A program made the position numbers and the translations under genes. Below the pieces are notes generated by a model that did no database searches, was not told the origin of the DNA, and worked only from the letters and a program-made list of their open reading frames with translations. Positions 28,070-36,976 of a stretch of 64,000 bases of DNA are shown here, one piece after another; position 1 is the first letter of the stretch; each line of letters begins with the position of its first letter. This stretch comes from Clostridia bacterium (GTDB taxonomy: Bacteria > Bacillota > Clostridia > Christensenellales > Borkfalkiaceae): contig JAFVUV010000010.1 in NCBI GenBank assembly GCA_017502525.1, positions 494 to 64,493 of the forward strand, given 5' to 3'.

Positions 28070-28099
28070 ATCCTACGGGGCTACATCGCCCCGTAGGAT
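28070..28099 (+). terminator. Stem-loop terminator after the 26307 gene
   Basis: Perfect 12-bp stem ATCCTACGGGGC / GCCCCGTAGGAT. A T-rich run follows a few nt later. Confidence 0.55.
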
Positions 28100-28130
28100 A
28101 GAAATAATTTTTTTATTAAAGGCTTAGGAT

Positions 28131-29516
28131 ATGAACGATTTTTATTACGTAAAAGACAGTTTGACTATTGAAATTAACGAAAATTTATTAAGCGAAACGA
28201 TTAAGGACGTTATTAATGGCTTGTTGTTTAGGGCAATAAAAGTTAATTACGTTAAGGTTAAAGAACTCGTTATTAAAACGCCTAACTCACAAGTTAGTGC
28301 TACGCCAATCGTCAACGAAAATGGTATTTATATCGGCGGGCAAACCGAAAAAGACGTGATTGACGCGTTTTTTAGAATGCTTGTTAAAGCAGAGCCGATT
28401 GAATTTAATGAAAACGAAAAAATTGTCGGGATTCCGACGGGGGAATATACTGTAAACGTCGTTGCTAAAATGAGAATTTTGCACCTTTGCATTTTCCCAG
28501 AAACAGAATATATAAATATGAAAAGAACCGTTCGATTTGCGGGCATTTTGGGGTACACTCACGTTATCATTGAATCGTGGGGCGGTATAGAATTTAAATG
28601 TCTTAAAGAACTTGGTTGGAAAGGTTTTACTTTCACCAAGGCGCAACTCGAGGATATTATAAATGAAATTCGCGCATTCAAAATGGAACCTATTCCGTGC
28701 GTAAATTGTTTAGGACACGCATCGTTAAGTAGGGTAGATATTGGTAAACACGTCGTGCTTGACCAAAATATTTTGCTTTCAGACTACTTCTTAAAATACG
28801 GTTGGGTTTGGAACTTTAAAAAGCAAAAGGTTAAAGATTTGCTTAAAGAAATGCGCCGTGAAATGTGTGAAATTTGTGGCGATGGCGAGTATTTCCATAT
28901 CGGTATGGACGAAACTTATTATAATCCCGGTAGTGAAGAAGAAAAAGACAAGATTTATTCTTATATTACCGAAACGTGCGAAACGGTTAAAAAAGAAGGT
29001 CGCACGCCTATCATTTGGGGTGATATGTTCTTAAATTCTCAAGAACTTGATGCGCCTAGAGTTTATTATTCTTGTCACGCATACACTTCGGTTACCGCTA
29101 AAAAGATGCTTAACGCTGTTCCTAAGGACGTGCTTATTGCAGATTGGCATTATAGAGTTGGTGAATATCCTTGGAAAACTTCAGTTTACCTTAACAAAAT
29201 GGGATACAAAACTGTTCAATGTGCGTGGTACGACGTTAAAAATAACGAATCGGCAGTAGAAACTTGCAAGCAAGTAGGCACGCTTGGCGTAATGGTTACC
29301 ACTTGGCACGGACTAGTATTACAGGCAAAGAATTTAGAAGCCATACTTCGTACGGCACGTGGGGCGTTGGGAGTTGGCGCGCCCGAATGGACGGACGGAA
29401 CTTTGCAAACGGCGGATTTGTGGAGAAAGGTTTTAGACGTTGGCGACGACTATTCGCTCTACGGCTTTACTAAGTCGCAAATTACAGAATATACAGATAA
29501 CTTTATTATAGACTAA
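28131..29516 (+). CDS. Cytoplasmic GH20-like glycoside hydrolase (hexosaminidase-type TIM barrel), tentative
   Basis: YFHIGMDETYY resembles the GH20 HxGGDE acid/base region. RILHLCIFPE and IIWGDMF fit barrel strands. No signal peptide. Confidence 0.45.
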   Translation: MNDFYYVKDSLTIEINENLLSETIKDVINGLLFRAIKVNYVKVKELVIKTPNSQVSATPIVNENGIYIGGQTEKDVIDAFFRMLVKAEPIEFNENEKIVGIPTGEYTVNVVAKMRILHLCIFPETEYINMKRTVRFAGILGYTHVIIESWGGIEFKCLKELGWKGFTFTKAQLEDIINEIRAFKMEPIPCVNCLGHASLSRVDIGKHVVLDQNILLSDYFLKYGWVWNFKKQKVKDLLKEMRREMCEICGDGEYFHIGMDETYYNPGSEEEKDKIYSYITETCETVKKEGRTPIIWGDMFLNSQELDAPRVYYSCHAYTSVTAKKMLNAVPKDVLIADWHYRVGEYPWKTSVYLNKMGYKTVQCAWYDVKNNESAVETCKQVGTLGVMVTTWHGLVLQAKNLEAILRTARGALGVGAPEWTDGTLQTADLWRKVLDVGDDYSLYGFTKSQITEYTDNFIID

Positions 29517-29528
29517 ATCACGATAATT

Positions 29529-29560
29529 AAAAGCGCCACCGCTTTCGCGGTGGCGCTTTT
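29529..29560. terminator. Bidirectional intrinsic terminator between convergent genes
   Basis: AAAAGCGCCACCGC-TTTC-GCGGTGGCGCTTTT: a perfect stem with A/T flanks on both sides. Confidence 0.85.
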
Positions 29561-29586
29561 AGTTTATTTTAAATACTTTTATTTTG

Positions 29587-30867
29587 TTAAATGCCTAAAA
29601 ACGCGCCGTTGTCTTTTAACGTTTTTTGAAGTGCTTTTACGTCTACTTTTCTAACTTCAACGTTATTTTTAACTGCTAATCCGATAGCCGTGCCAGCAGC
29701 TTCGCCTATGCAACAAACGGTGGGCATTATTCTATAAGATGCTTGTGCGCCGTGGTCTGATGAAATACATCTGCCTGCAACTAGCATGTTTTTTACCGTT
29801 TTGGGTATCAAGCAGCGATAGGGAATTGTATAATATTTTCCGACAGGGAAGAAGTAATGGCTTGTTCCCGTGCCTTCGGGGTTGTGTATATCTATTTCAT
29901 AATTGCAAGCGGCAATAGCATCGTCAAACTTTGTGAACGCGCGTGCGTCCTGTTCGGTCAAAACGTATTCACCCACAATTTTTCTGCTCTCGCGCACACC
30001 GATTTCGGGGGCGGTCATCATAAGATAACTGTTTTCTAACCCCTCTGCGTGTTCTTTCATAAATTCGTAAACTTCTTTAACTTGTTTGCGCGCAATTATT
30101 TCAGCCTTGCTAACGTCTAATGCGTTAGTGGGGTCCATCTTTACTACTCTAGTCGTATTAAAATGCAATATGCTGGGGATAGGCATTTTAACTGCTAAAA
30201 TATTTTCTCTTGGATTAATAAACTTGCCTTCGTCTAGCAATGCTTTATATTTTTCATTAAGTTTTTTGCGCCCTGCCCAAAAACGTTCACTATCAACGTT
30301 GCCTAAACGGAAGCATAAAGTCATGGGTTGACATAAGTGGTCTGTTTCTCTGCCTAAAACGGTGGGAACGTCCGAAAGGTAGCAAACTTGCGCGTCGCCC
30401 GTTGCATCAATAAAATAATCAGCTTCTATTTCCATCAAGCCACCCTTCGTTGCAACAGTAACCGACTTGATTTGTTCACCGTCCTTTTTAACGGCGCAAA
30501 GGTATGCGTGGAATAGCACGTCTACACCTGCATCACAAATCATGTCGTTGAGTATGAATTTAAGTTCTTCTTCCATAAAAGAATACTCTATAAGTTTACG
30601 ACTAGTAACGTAAGTTAAAGTAGAGTTTCTTTCGTTAAGCTTATTTGCGATGTTTCTAAAAATTCCACCAGAAAGTTCGGTGCTTTCACCGTTAATTTTA
30701 GCGCAGTTGGGCATAAACGGGTTAACTAAACTATTAACGGCGGCACCGCCAAAAGCGTTACCTTTTTCTATGATAATAACTTGACAGCCTTCTCTTGCAG
30801 CGGCAATGGCTGCGGCTACACCCGAAAATCCACCACCTATAACGGCAAGATTATATTTTTTCATCAT
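29587..30867 (-). CDS. FAD-dependent oxidoreductase (FAD_oxidored/PF12831-like)
   Basis: N-terminal dinucleotide-binding motif LAVIGGGFSGVAAAIAAAREG, then IIIEKGNAFGG. C-terminal MLVAGRCISSDHGAQASYR. Confidence 0.75.
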   Translation of the reverse strand: MMKKYNLAVIGGGFSGVAAAIAAAREGCQVIIIEKGNAFGGAAVNSLVNPFMPNCAKINGESTELSGGIFRNIANKLNERNSTLTYVTSRKLIEYSFMEEELKFILNDMICDAGVDVLFHAYLCAVKKDGEQIKSVTVATKGGLMEIEADYFIDATGDAQVCYLSDVPTVLGRETDHLCQPMTLCFRLGNVDSERFWAGRKKLNEKYKALLDEGKFINPRENILAVKMPIPSILHFNTTRVVKMDPTNALDVSKAEIIARKQVKEVYEFMKEHAEGLENSYLMMTAPEIGVRESRKIVGEYVLTEQDARAFTKFDDAIAACNYEIDIHNPEGTGTSHYFFPVGKYYTIPYRCLIPKTVKNMLVAGRCISSDHGAQASYRIMPTVCCIGEAAGTAIGLAVKNNVEVRKVDVKALQKTLKDNGAFLGI

Positions 30868-31106
30868 TTATTAACTCCTTGTATAACAGTTTGTATCTAA
30901 AGATACAAAAAGGTTCTTTATAAGGATACAATATAAACAAACAAAAGTCAATAGAAAAACAAAAAAACAACGAATATAAAAAAAATTTATTATAAATTTT
31001 AGATAAAATTGCTATAAAATATAGCCGTTAATAACAAACAAGAATAAAGCAAAAAAATAAATTTTAAATAATTACAAAAAAATTTTAAAAAACCGCTTAA
31101 AAGTAA

Positions 31107-31135
31107 TTGACATTATTTGCGTTTTTGTTTATAAT
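31107..31135 (+). promoter_or_regulatory. Consensus sigma-70 promoter driving the tRNA pair
   Basis: TTGACA (31107-31112), 17-nt spacer, TATAAT (31130-31135). About 38 nt upstream of the first tRNA. Confidence 0.75.
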
Positions 31136-31173
31136 ACATAAGCATTTTACGAAAAATCGTAAGTGTCAGACAT

Positions 31174-31250
31174 GGCGGCGTAGCTTAGCTGGTTAGAGCG
31201 GCCGGTTCATACCCGGCAGGTCGTTGGTTCGAATCTGACCGCCGCTACCA
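31174..31250 (+). tRNA. tRNA with CAU anticodon (elongator Met or lysidine-modified Ile2; not distinguishable by eye)
   Basis: Cloverleaf folds by hand:
- Acceptor: GGCGGCG/CGCCGCT.
- Anticodon stem: GCCGG/CCGGC with loop TTCATAC.
- T-loop: TTCGAAT.
- Encoded CCA end. Confidence 0.85.
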
Positions 31251-31309
31251 AAAAACAAGCGGCGTGAGCGTCGAGAATATATAAAGGCGGAAATCCGCCA
31301 GGTGATTTT

Positions 31310-31384
31310 GGCCCCTTGGTCAAGCGGTTAAGACACCACCCTTTCACGGTGGTAACATGGGTTCGATTCCCGTAGGGGTCACCA
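31310..31384 (+). tRNA. tRNA-Glu (UUC)
   Basis: Acceptor GGCCCCT/AGGGGTC. Anticodon stem CCACC/GGTGG with loop CTTTCAC. T-loop TTCGATT. Encoded CCA. Typical Firmicutes tRNA-Glu sequence. Confidence 0.9.
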
Positions 31385-31446
31385 ATCAAAACCTAAAACG
31401 AACACAACGTTTTAGGTTTTTTGTTAATTTTGACAAGGAGCTGTTT

Positions 31447-32085
31447 ATGGATAATATATTTAAAAAAATAGGTTGTGTTTTACTTTGTACTATGTTCCTT
31501 ATGCTATCAGCGTGCAACAAAACGCCTGACTTATATGAAAAAGGAATAGAAATAACAACTATTATAGGTGAGATGGTTAACTCAGAAGATTATGCGCAAG
31601 TGATGGGACTGGATGCAAATGATAATATAGAGTTGGTTAAAGCAAAAGATTACGATACTCCCACTAGAGTATATAAAATAAGCGTCCCCGTTGTTGATGC
31701 CTATTTTGAGCATTTGAGAACACATGCGAAAAATTGGGATAAATCACCATATGATAAATTGTCAGATAATTTAAAAGAACAAATAAAAAACAGATATTCA
31801 TTTTTAACAATTGTAGACCACTTAAATAGCATTTATAATTGGGATGGTCTTGTACTTTCATCAGCTTTTATGGCGTATAAAAAATTTGACGGAAATATTT
31901 CTTCATCTACAGTATATTTGTACACATTTGAAACTGGCACGCCCATAATTGTTCTTTTTGAGCCGTTTGGGGATAAACAATTTACAGCAAAAGGACATTT
32001 CGTTTTTGCAGAAGACTTATCTTCTTTATCTAAAGTAAGAGATGTTTTTGAGCAATTTGAATGTTCTGTTGAAAATATTAAATAA
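31447..32085 (+). CDS. Hypothetical lipoprotein
   Basis: Internal Met start gives signal peptide + lipobox (LMLSACNK). The upstream part of the ORF-track frame overlaps tRNA-Glu and is spurious. Confidence 0.65.
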   Translation: MDNIFKKIGCVLLCTMFLMLSACNKTPDLYEKGIEITTIIGEMVNSEDYAQVMGLDANDNIELVKAKDYDTPTRVYKISVPVVDAYFEHLRTHAKNWDKSPYDKLSDNLKEQIKNRYSFLTIVDHLNSIYNWDGLVLSSAFMAYKKFDGNISSSTVYLYTFETGTPIIVLFEPFGDKQFTAKGHFVFAEDLSSLSKVRDVFEQFECSVENIK

Positions 32086-32093
32086 AATTTTAT

Positions 32094-32296
32094 AGGGCGG
32101 GGCTAAATGTCCTGCCCTTTATTTTATAATAAAAAAGAGCGTAAAAATTGTTCGTTTTACGCTCAAATTGGCTCACCAAACAAAGTAAAGACGAACCCGT
32201 TTCCTTTAGGAGACGGGTTCGCCTTTGTTTTTAGATTAAAAAAGTAGGCGAAATCAATCAAAATAGGCACTTTCTTCGTTTGAGAGTGTCTATTTT
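32094..32296 (+). terminator. Cluster of four consecutive terminator-like hairpins
   Basis: - H1: GGGCGGG.../CCTGCCC (32094-32118).
- H2: GAGCGTAAAA/TTTTACGCTC (32137-32164).
- H3: GACGAACCCGT/ACGGGTTCGCC + T-run (32187-32232).
- H4: AAAATAGGCAC/GTGTCTATTTT (32260-32296). Confidence 0.55.
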
Positions 32297-32420
32297 TCGT
32301 TTATATATAGATGAAATTGATTTTATTAGAAAAATATGGTAAAATGTAATAGTTTTTGTGCGCCTATTGGCTTGAAAACATTTAATTACTATTAAAAATA
32401 TTTCAAAAGGAGCTATCTTT

Positions 32421-33164
32421 GTGGATATTAAAGGTATTGAATCTGCGGTTCATCTTTTGATTAAATTTGGAAGCAAACAAAATATACAAAAACTTCAGTC
32501 GGGACAGTTCTATATGAAACGATTGAAGTATTATGTCGATTTAGAAAAAAACACCTCTGACGAAATGGTTGGCGACCAATATGATGGTCAAATGATGTTA
32601 AAAGATGTAAAATTTACTTTATATACTTGTGACACCAACGAATATGTTGGGCAGTTACACGCTCCAATTTCTTCTTTTAACTTGGGTTATTTAAATAATC
32701 CCGTATTTTGTATGTATATGTTGGATTATCGAAATTATTTATCTAAAGAAATACATGATGGATTATTACATATAAAATATGGATTTTCAAAAGAACAATC
32801 TACTAAAATTAAAGATTTTGGGGAAAGCGCATTGGTTGTGACTAACACAAATGAGTTTTTTAAGCGTATAGAGAATACCTTTAAGAAGCGCGGAATAGAT
32901 TATTTTAGAGATTTAGTATCCTATTATGATTACAACAATATTCAGCAATTGAAAGAAATACAAGCTAACAATCCTCGAATAGCTTTTTGGAAACGTCAAA
33001 AATATGCTTTTCAACAAGAATATAGATTTTTTGCTCATACTGAGGTCGAAGATAATTTAACATTAGATATTGGAGACGTTAGCGACATATCACAAGTATT
33101 ACCTACAGAACAGTTGCTCAATACATACTTGGAAGCTAAATGTACACTTAAGGAAGTTGAATAA
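32421..33164 (+). CDS. Hypothetical 247-aa protein (possible orphan immunity or abortive-infection-type protein; no motif recognised)
   Basis: GTG start with GGAG RBS. No signal peptide or TM helix. Sits immediately upstream of an Rhs core fragment. Confidence 0.4.
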   Translation: MDIKGIESAVHLLIKFGSKQNIQKLQSGQFYMKRLKYYVDLEKNTSDEMVGDQYDGQMMLKDVKFTLYTCDTNEYVGQLHAPISSFNLGYLNNPVFCMYMLDYRNYLSKEIHDGLLHIKYGFSKEQSTKIKDFGESALVVTNTNEFFKRIENTFKKRGIDYFRDLVSYYDYNNIQQLKEIQANNPRIAFWKRQKYAFQQEYRFFAHTEVEDNLTLDIGDVSDISQVLPTEQLLNTYLEAKCTLKEVE

Positions 33165-33202
33165 ATTTTAAAGTTAATTTAATAGTTTGATGAGGTGAAT
33201 TA

Positions 33203-33745
33203 ATGGATAAAATATGGGATTATAAAAATTTCAACATGGTAAACGAATTAGATATTGCAGGAGAATTTATTTATGATTCGGCAGGCAGATTAACAGGTTA
33301 TATAGATAGCAACGGTGCTAATTATTTTAGATATGACGCAATGGGTAACCCCACAATGTATAAAGGCGCATCAAACAACGCAAGTGATAATATGGTGTGG
33401 ACTCAAGGCAGAAAACTAGAGAGTGGAACTCTTAACGGCAACGCGTTCTTTTATGCGTATGATATGAACGGCTTGCGATACAAAAAGGTTGTAAACGGCA
33501 ATGAAACTGAATATTATTTAGATGGGTCAACTATAATAGCAGAAAATCGTAAAGTAGGTGCAACTGATAATTTAATCTATTATATTTACGATACAATGGG
33601 CTTGTCAGGTATGGTCTATAATGGGGAAAATTATTATTATATAAAGAACACACTAGGCGATATAATCGGCATAAGAAATAGTTCAGGCACGCAAGTTGCA
33701 ACTTATAGTTATGACGCGTGGGGTAATATTTTAAATAGTAATTGA
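33203..33745 (+). pseudogene. Orphan RHS/YD-repeat core fragment lacking both the N-terminal shell and a C-terminal toxin
   Basis: YD repeats YDSAGRLTGY, YDAMGNPT, YAYDMNGLRYKK and YSYDAWGNIL. The frame stops 4 codons after the last YD repeat, where a DPxGL/toxin junction is expected. Confidence 0.7.
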
Positions 33746-34066
33746 CAAGTTACGTTGTTTGTTGCAAAGCTTATAAAAATAAAAAAATCTTTACAATTTT
33801 GTCATGTTTATATTGACATTGAAAAAAATTATGATAAAATACGTTTCAATTTGTGAAAATCTAAAGCAATTATTGATTTTTTTGTTCATTTATTGTATAA
33901 TATAAAAAAGCTTTAATCATGTGGCGTGTAAATAAAAACCATTATTTTATATTGTGTTTTTAGCAAGCCATAGTTAAAATTATGTAATACATAAGCAAAG
34001 CCCCTTATAAAAGTTGTTAAAAACTCCTATAATATAATTAAGATTGTGTACAAGGGAGTTAAAACT

Positions 34067-34396
34067 ATGGATGGTGTAGCTAAGGTTAAATGGAGAATAA
34101 AAGATTATATGTCTCAAAAAGAGATGTCCATTTACGAATTGGCGAAAAGGGCAGATCTAACGGAAGCCTGCATAAGAAACTGGTACACAAAAAGAAGCTA
34201 TACGCCTAGTCTTGAGGCTATTATAAAAATAAGTAATGCGTTGGAAGTGTCAGTTGCAGACTTGTTTAGAGAAGATGCAAATGAACAATTTTACGTTACT
34301 AAAGAGGAAAAAGAGTTGCTCATGGATTGGTCAATGCTAAGCGATAAGCAAAAGAATGCAGTAAGGTCGGTTATAGAAACATATATAGATAAATAG
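34067..34396 (+). CDS. XRE-family helix-turn-helix transcriptional regulator
   Basis: MSIYELAKRADLTEACIRNWYTKRSYTPSLEAIIKISNALEVSVADLF. AAGGGAG RBS precedes the ATG at 34067 (the ORF-track GTG at 34046 is less likely). Confidence 0.8.
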   Translation: MDGVAKVKWRIKDYMSQKEMSIYELAKRADLTEACIRNWYTKRSYTPSLEAIIKISNALEVSVADLFREDANEQFYVTKEEKELLMDWSMLSDKQKNAVRSVIETYIDK

Positions 34397-34411
34397 TTCG
34401 TTGTTAACATA

Positions 34412-34942
34412 ATGCTAAAGAAAAATTTAGAGAAGCAAAAATTTAATAAGATACTTCGTCTAATAAGAAAAGATGCACAGAAAGGGCTAGAATGCTTTTA
34501 TGAAGAGTATGGCAGAATGATTTACTTGACTGCGAAAAATACAGGATGTTCTGATGAAAAGGCAAACGTTGTAGTTAATACGGTTTTGATTAAGATATGG
34601 CGAAAGGCGAAGGAGCTTTCTGAAATCTCAAATCCAAAAGCTTGGATTTGTACGGTTACTAAAAATTGTGCAAGAGATGAGTTGAGCGAAGTTTGGCAGT
34701 TAGAGTTAAAAGAAGAAATATGTGCAACGGACGATGACTTTCATAAAGTCATCGACAAGAACGGCTTTGAATACTTGATAAGCCCCTTGAAAGAAATCGA
34801 AAGGGAGCTTTTTATTTTAAAGTTTATGGGTGGATACACCTTTCAAGATATTGCCAATTCTTTCGGCAAACCTTTGCCGACAATTACAACAATTTATTAT
34901 AGAGCATTAGAAAAGATTAAAAATTTTTTACAAAATGAATAA
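34412..34942 (+). CDS. ECF-type sigma-70 family RNA polymerase sigma factor
   Basis: Region 2-like NVVVNTVLIKIWRKA...WICTVTKNCARD. Region 4 HTH YTFQDIANSFGKPLPTITTIYYRALEKIK. Confidence 0.8.
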   Translation: MLKKNLEKQKFNKILRLIRKDAQKGLECFYEEYGRMIYLTAKNTGCSDEKANVVVNTVLIKIWRKAKELSEISNPKAWICTVTKNCARDELSEVWQLELKEEICATDDDFHKVIDKNGFEYLISPLKEIERELFILKFMGGYTFQDIANSFGKPLPTITTIYYRALEKIKNFLQNE

Positions 34943-34994
34943 ATAACCCTTTTGATTGGGGTCTAATAGAAAACCAATTAAAAGGAGAATTTTT

Positions 34995-36176
34995 ATGAAA
35001 AAATTATTGATGGTACTTTTGGCTGTCGTGCTTAGTTTTTCTTCTATTGCCATATATTCGGGTGTGGAAGTTAAAGCCGACTATTACGATGCTGGCGATG
35101 AATTCTTTTTAGAATTTATATTGTCAGATATTGGGGAAGAAGATATTGATTTTTCACACACGCCCCTTTATAACGCAGATTTGCAAGTGAATGGTAGAGA
35201 ATATACCTTCACGGCGAATGGACAAAGTGGTTATGCGTTGATGGTGGAATATCGTGGCGAAAACCAGACTTTTTATGAAATTGAAGAATTGTTTTTTAAC
35301 GGCGTTTCGCCTTTTGCTTCTTGCGAAGGTTTGCCAATCTACATAACACACAACACCTACTTAGAATATAAAAACCAAGCCTTTTATAATTTGGTTAACG
35401 GATTAGAAGTCAGTGAAGAATTAATCGCTGATTATATCTATAACGGATTTAATTATTTTGGTGGTACTACTGCAACTTTTACCAACACCACCATTAATAT
35501 TGAATACGCCACCAAAAGTACCGAACAATATAGCATTCAATACGATTTACCCAACTTAGATGGCTCAGTTGAGGGTGGATGTTGTGCACATACTGCAGGT
35601 GCAATCATTTTAACCTATTACGATAGATTTTGTGAAAACATAATACCCGACTATGACCCGTTTTTTAGAATGGGACCGATTGTAATGTATGATACCGCAA
35701 GTCCTGAAACTATATACTTAACTCAAGATTTGGTGGATTTAATGGTTATTGGCGAGCCACACGAAGGGGTGACTTTTAACGAGTTTCAACTTGGTATGGA
35801 AACTTACGTTGAGCAACAAGGATACACTTATACTACCACCAATCTTTTCTCTGGTGGAAGTTTCAATTTGAATAATTATAAAAACGCAGTGCAAAGTGGC
35901 AAGCCCGTAGGGTTATTTTTAACAAACTACACAATGTCTAACGGCATAAGAGAAGAAGATGGATATGACGTTGTTGGCAGTGGCTTTTGTCCCATTTCGC
36001 ACGTTGCGGCAGGTTGTGGATATAAAATAGATACTTATTACGATGCTAACGGCAACGTTATAACAACACGCACTTATCTAAAAGTTGCAAGTGGTTTAAT
36101 TAGTTACGGAATAGGATATTTAAGCTTGAACGACACGACCACTATTAGCAAAGCGATATCAATTTTAGTAAGTTAG
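34995..36176 (+). CDS. Secreted protein, possible papain-fold/C39-like cysteine peptidase (tentative)
   Basis: Signal peptide MKKLLMVLLAVVLSFSSIAIYSG. Candidate catalytic Cys in GGCCAHTAGAIILTYYD and His in PISHVAAGCGYK. AAAGGAG RBS. Confidence 0.35.
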   Translation: MKKLLMVLLAVVLSFSSIAIYSGVEVKADYYDAGDEFFLEFILSDIGEEDIDFSHTPLYNADLQVNGREYTFTANGQSGYALMVEYRGENQTFYEIEELFFNGVSPFASCEGLPIYITHNTYLEYKNQAFYNLVNGLEVSEELIADYIYNGFNYFGGTTATFTNTTINIEYATKSTEQYSIQYDLPNLDGSVEGGCCAHTAGAIILTYYDRFCENIIPDYDPFFRMGPIVMYDTASPETIYLTQDLVDLMVIGEPHEGVTFNEFQLGMETYVEQQGYTYTTTNLFSGGSFNLNNYKNAVQSGKPVGLFLTNYTMSNGIREEDGYDVVGSGFCPISHVAAGCGYKIDTYYDANGNVITTRTYLKVASGLISYGIGYLSLNDTTTISKAISILVS

Positions 36177-36184
36177 AGGAAAAA

Positions 36185-36826
36185 ATGCAAGAAAAAGAGT
36201 TAGAGAATTTATTGCAAGAAAAAGCAGATAAAGTGGAAATGAGAGAGTTTTCTCAAGTTTGGAACGAGATTAAAGGGCAAATTGAAGAGCCTAAACCACA
36301 AAGAAAATTTGTGTGGAAAAGGTGGGCTCCTGCTTTTGCGTCTGCCTTTTTAGTTTTGTGCATAGCTTTATCGCCAATAATTATCAACTCTTTAAAACCT
36401 GCACCAGAAGTGTTTTATTCTGATGATTTAAGTAAGCAGATTGTGAGCGAATCTGAGATGTTTGACGGCTTAGCACAAGCCAATATTTCGCACGTTGATT
36501 TAAGTGAATATTCGTGTATCAACACCTTCTTATATTATACTGAAGACATGAGTGTAAAAGGCGCGAGTGTAAGTTTTTATAATAATATTTGTGCTGGGAT
36601 AATAAAGTTATACGATGTAAGCGTAGATTTGAGTTTAAACTTAGAAAGTTTATACGATAGTAGTTATAAAGTAAGCTCAACCAACGTGCTTTACAAATTC
36701 AAGCAAGAAAGTGGTGGGCTGTATGAGTACAGCGTTTACGCTTTGCATAACAAAGTGCAATACGTAATCGAATACACGGGTCTCTCTGACAATTTAGTAG
36801 ATTTCCTAAACGAATTTTTTGGATAA
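36185..36826 (+). CDS. Single-pass membrane protein with anti-sigma-factor-like topology
   Basis: ~45-aa charged cytoplasmic N-terminus, one TM helix (WAPAFASAFLVLCIALSPIIINSL) and a ~140-aa extracytoplasmic domain. Same operon as the ECF sigma. Confidence 0.45.
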   Translation: MQEKELENLLQEKADKVEMREFSQVWNEIKGQIEEPKPQRKFVWKRWAPAFASAFLVLCIALSPIIINSLKPAPEVFYSDDLSKQIVSESEMFDGLAQANISHVDLSEYSCINTFLYYTEDMSVKGASVSFYNNICAGIIKLYDVSVDLSLNLESLYDSSYKVSSTNVLYKFKQESGGLYEYSVYALHNKVQYVIEYTGLSDNLVDFLNEFFG

Positions 36827-36856
36827 TTAACCTAAAAAACAAAATTAATATAACAC

Positions 36857-36890
36857 AAAAAATCAGATTCCACACGGACTCTGATTTTTT
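36857..36890 (+). terminator. Intrinsic terminator of the ECF-sigma operon
   Basis: AAAAAATCAG ... CTGATTTTTT stem flanked by A and T runs. Confidence 0.6.
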
Positions 36891-36892
36891 TA

Positions 36893-36955
36893 TATTATTC
36901 CGCAAAGCGTCGGTATTGTTCCGCAAAACCTATTAATTATTCCGCAAAGTGTGTT
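36893..36955. repeat. Three direct repeats ATT(A/G)TTCCGCAAA spaced exactly 21 bp apart (iteron or arm-site-like protein-binding array)
   Basis: The TTCCGCAAA cores start at 36898, 36919 and 36940. The 13-mers are identical in copies 1 and 3, with one mismatch in copy 2. Confidence 0.8.
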
Positions 36956-36976
36956 CCACATTATAAAGTTGCACTT

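Noticed and set aside
31207-31446. ORF 31207-31389 (-) and the first 30 codons of ORF 31357-32085 (+).
   Set aside because: Both overlap the tRNA-CAU/tRNA-Glu genes. The + frame only acquires a plausible signal peptide and lipobox from the internal Met at 31447. Treated as spurious.
36893-36955. The 21-bp-phased repeats considered as a mini CRISPR array.
   Set aside because: There are only three short (13-bp) repeats with 8-bp spacers and no cas genes in the window. The geometry fits protein-binding iterons, not CRISPR.
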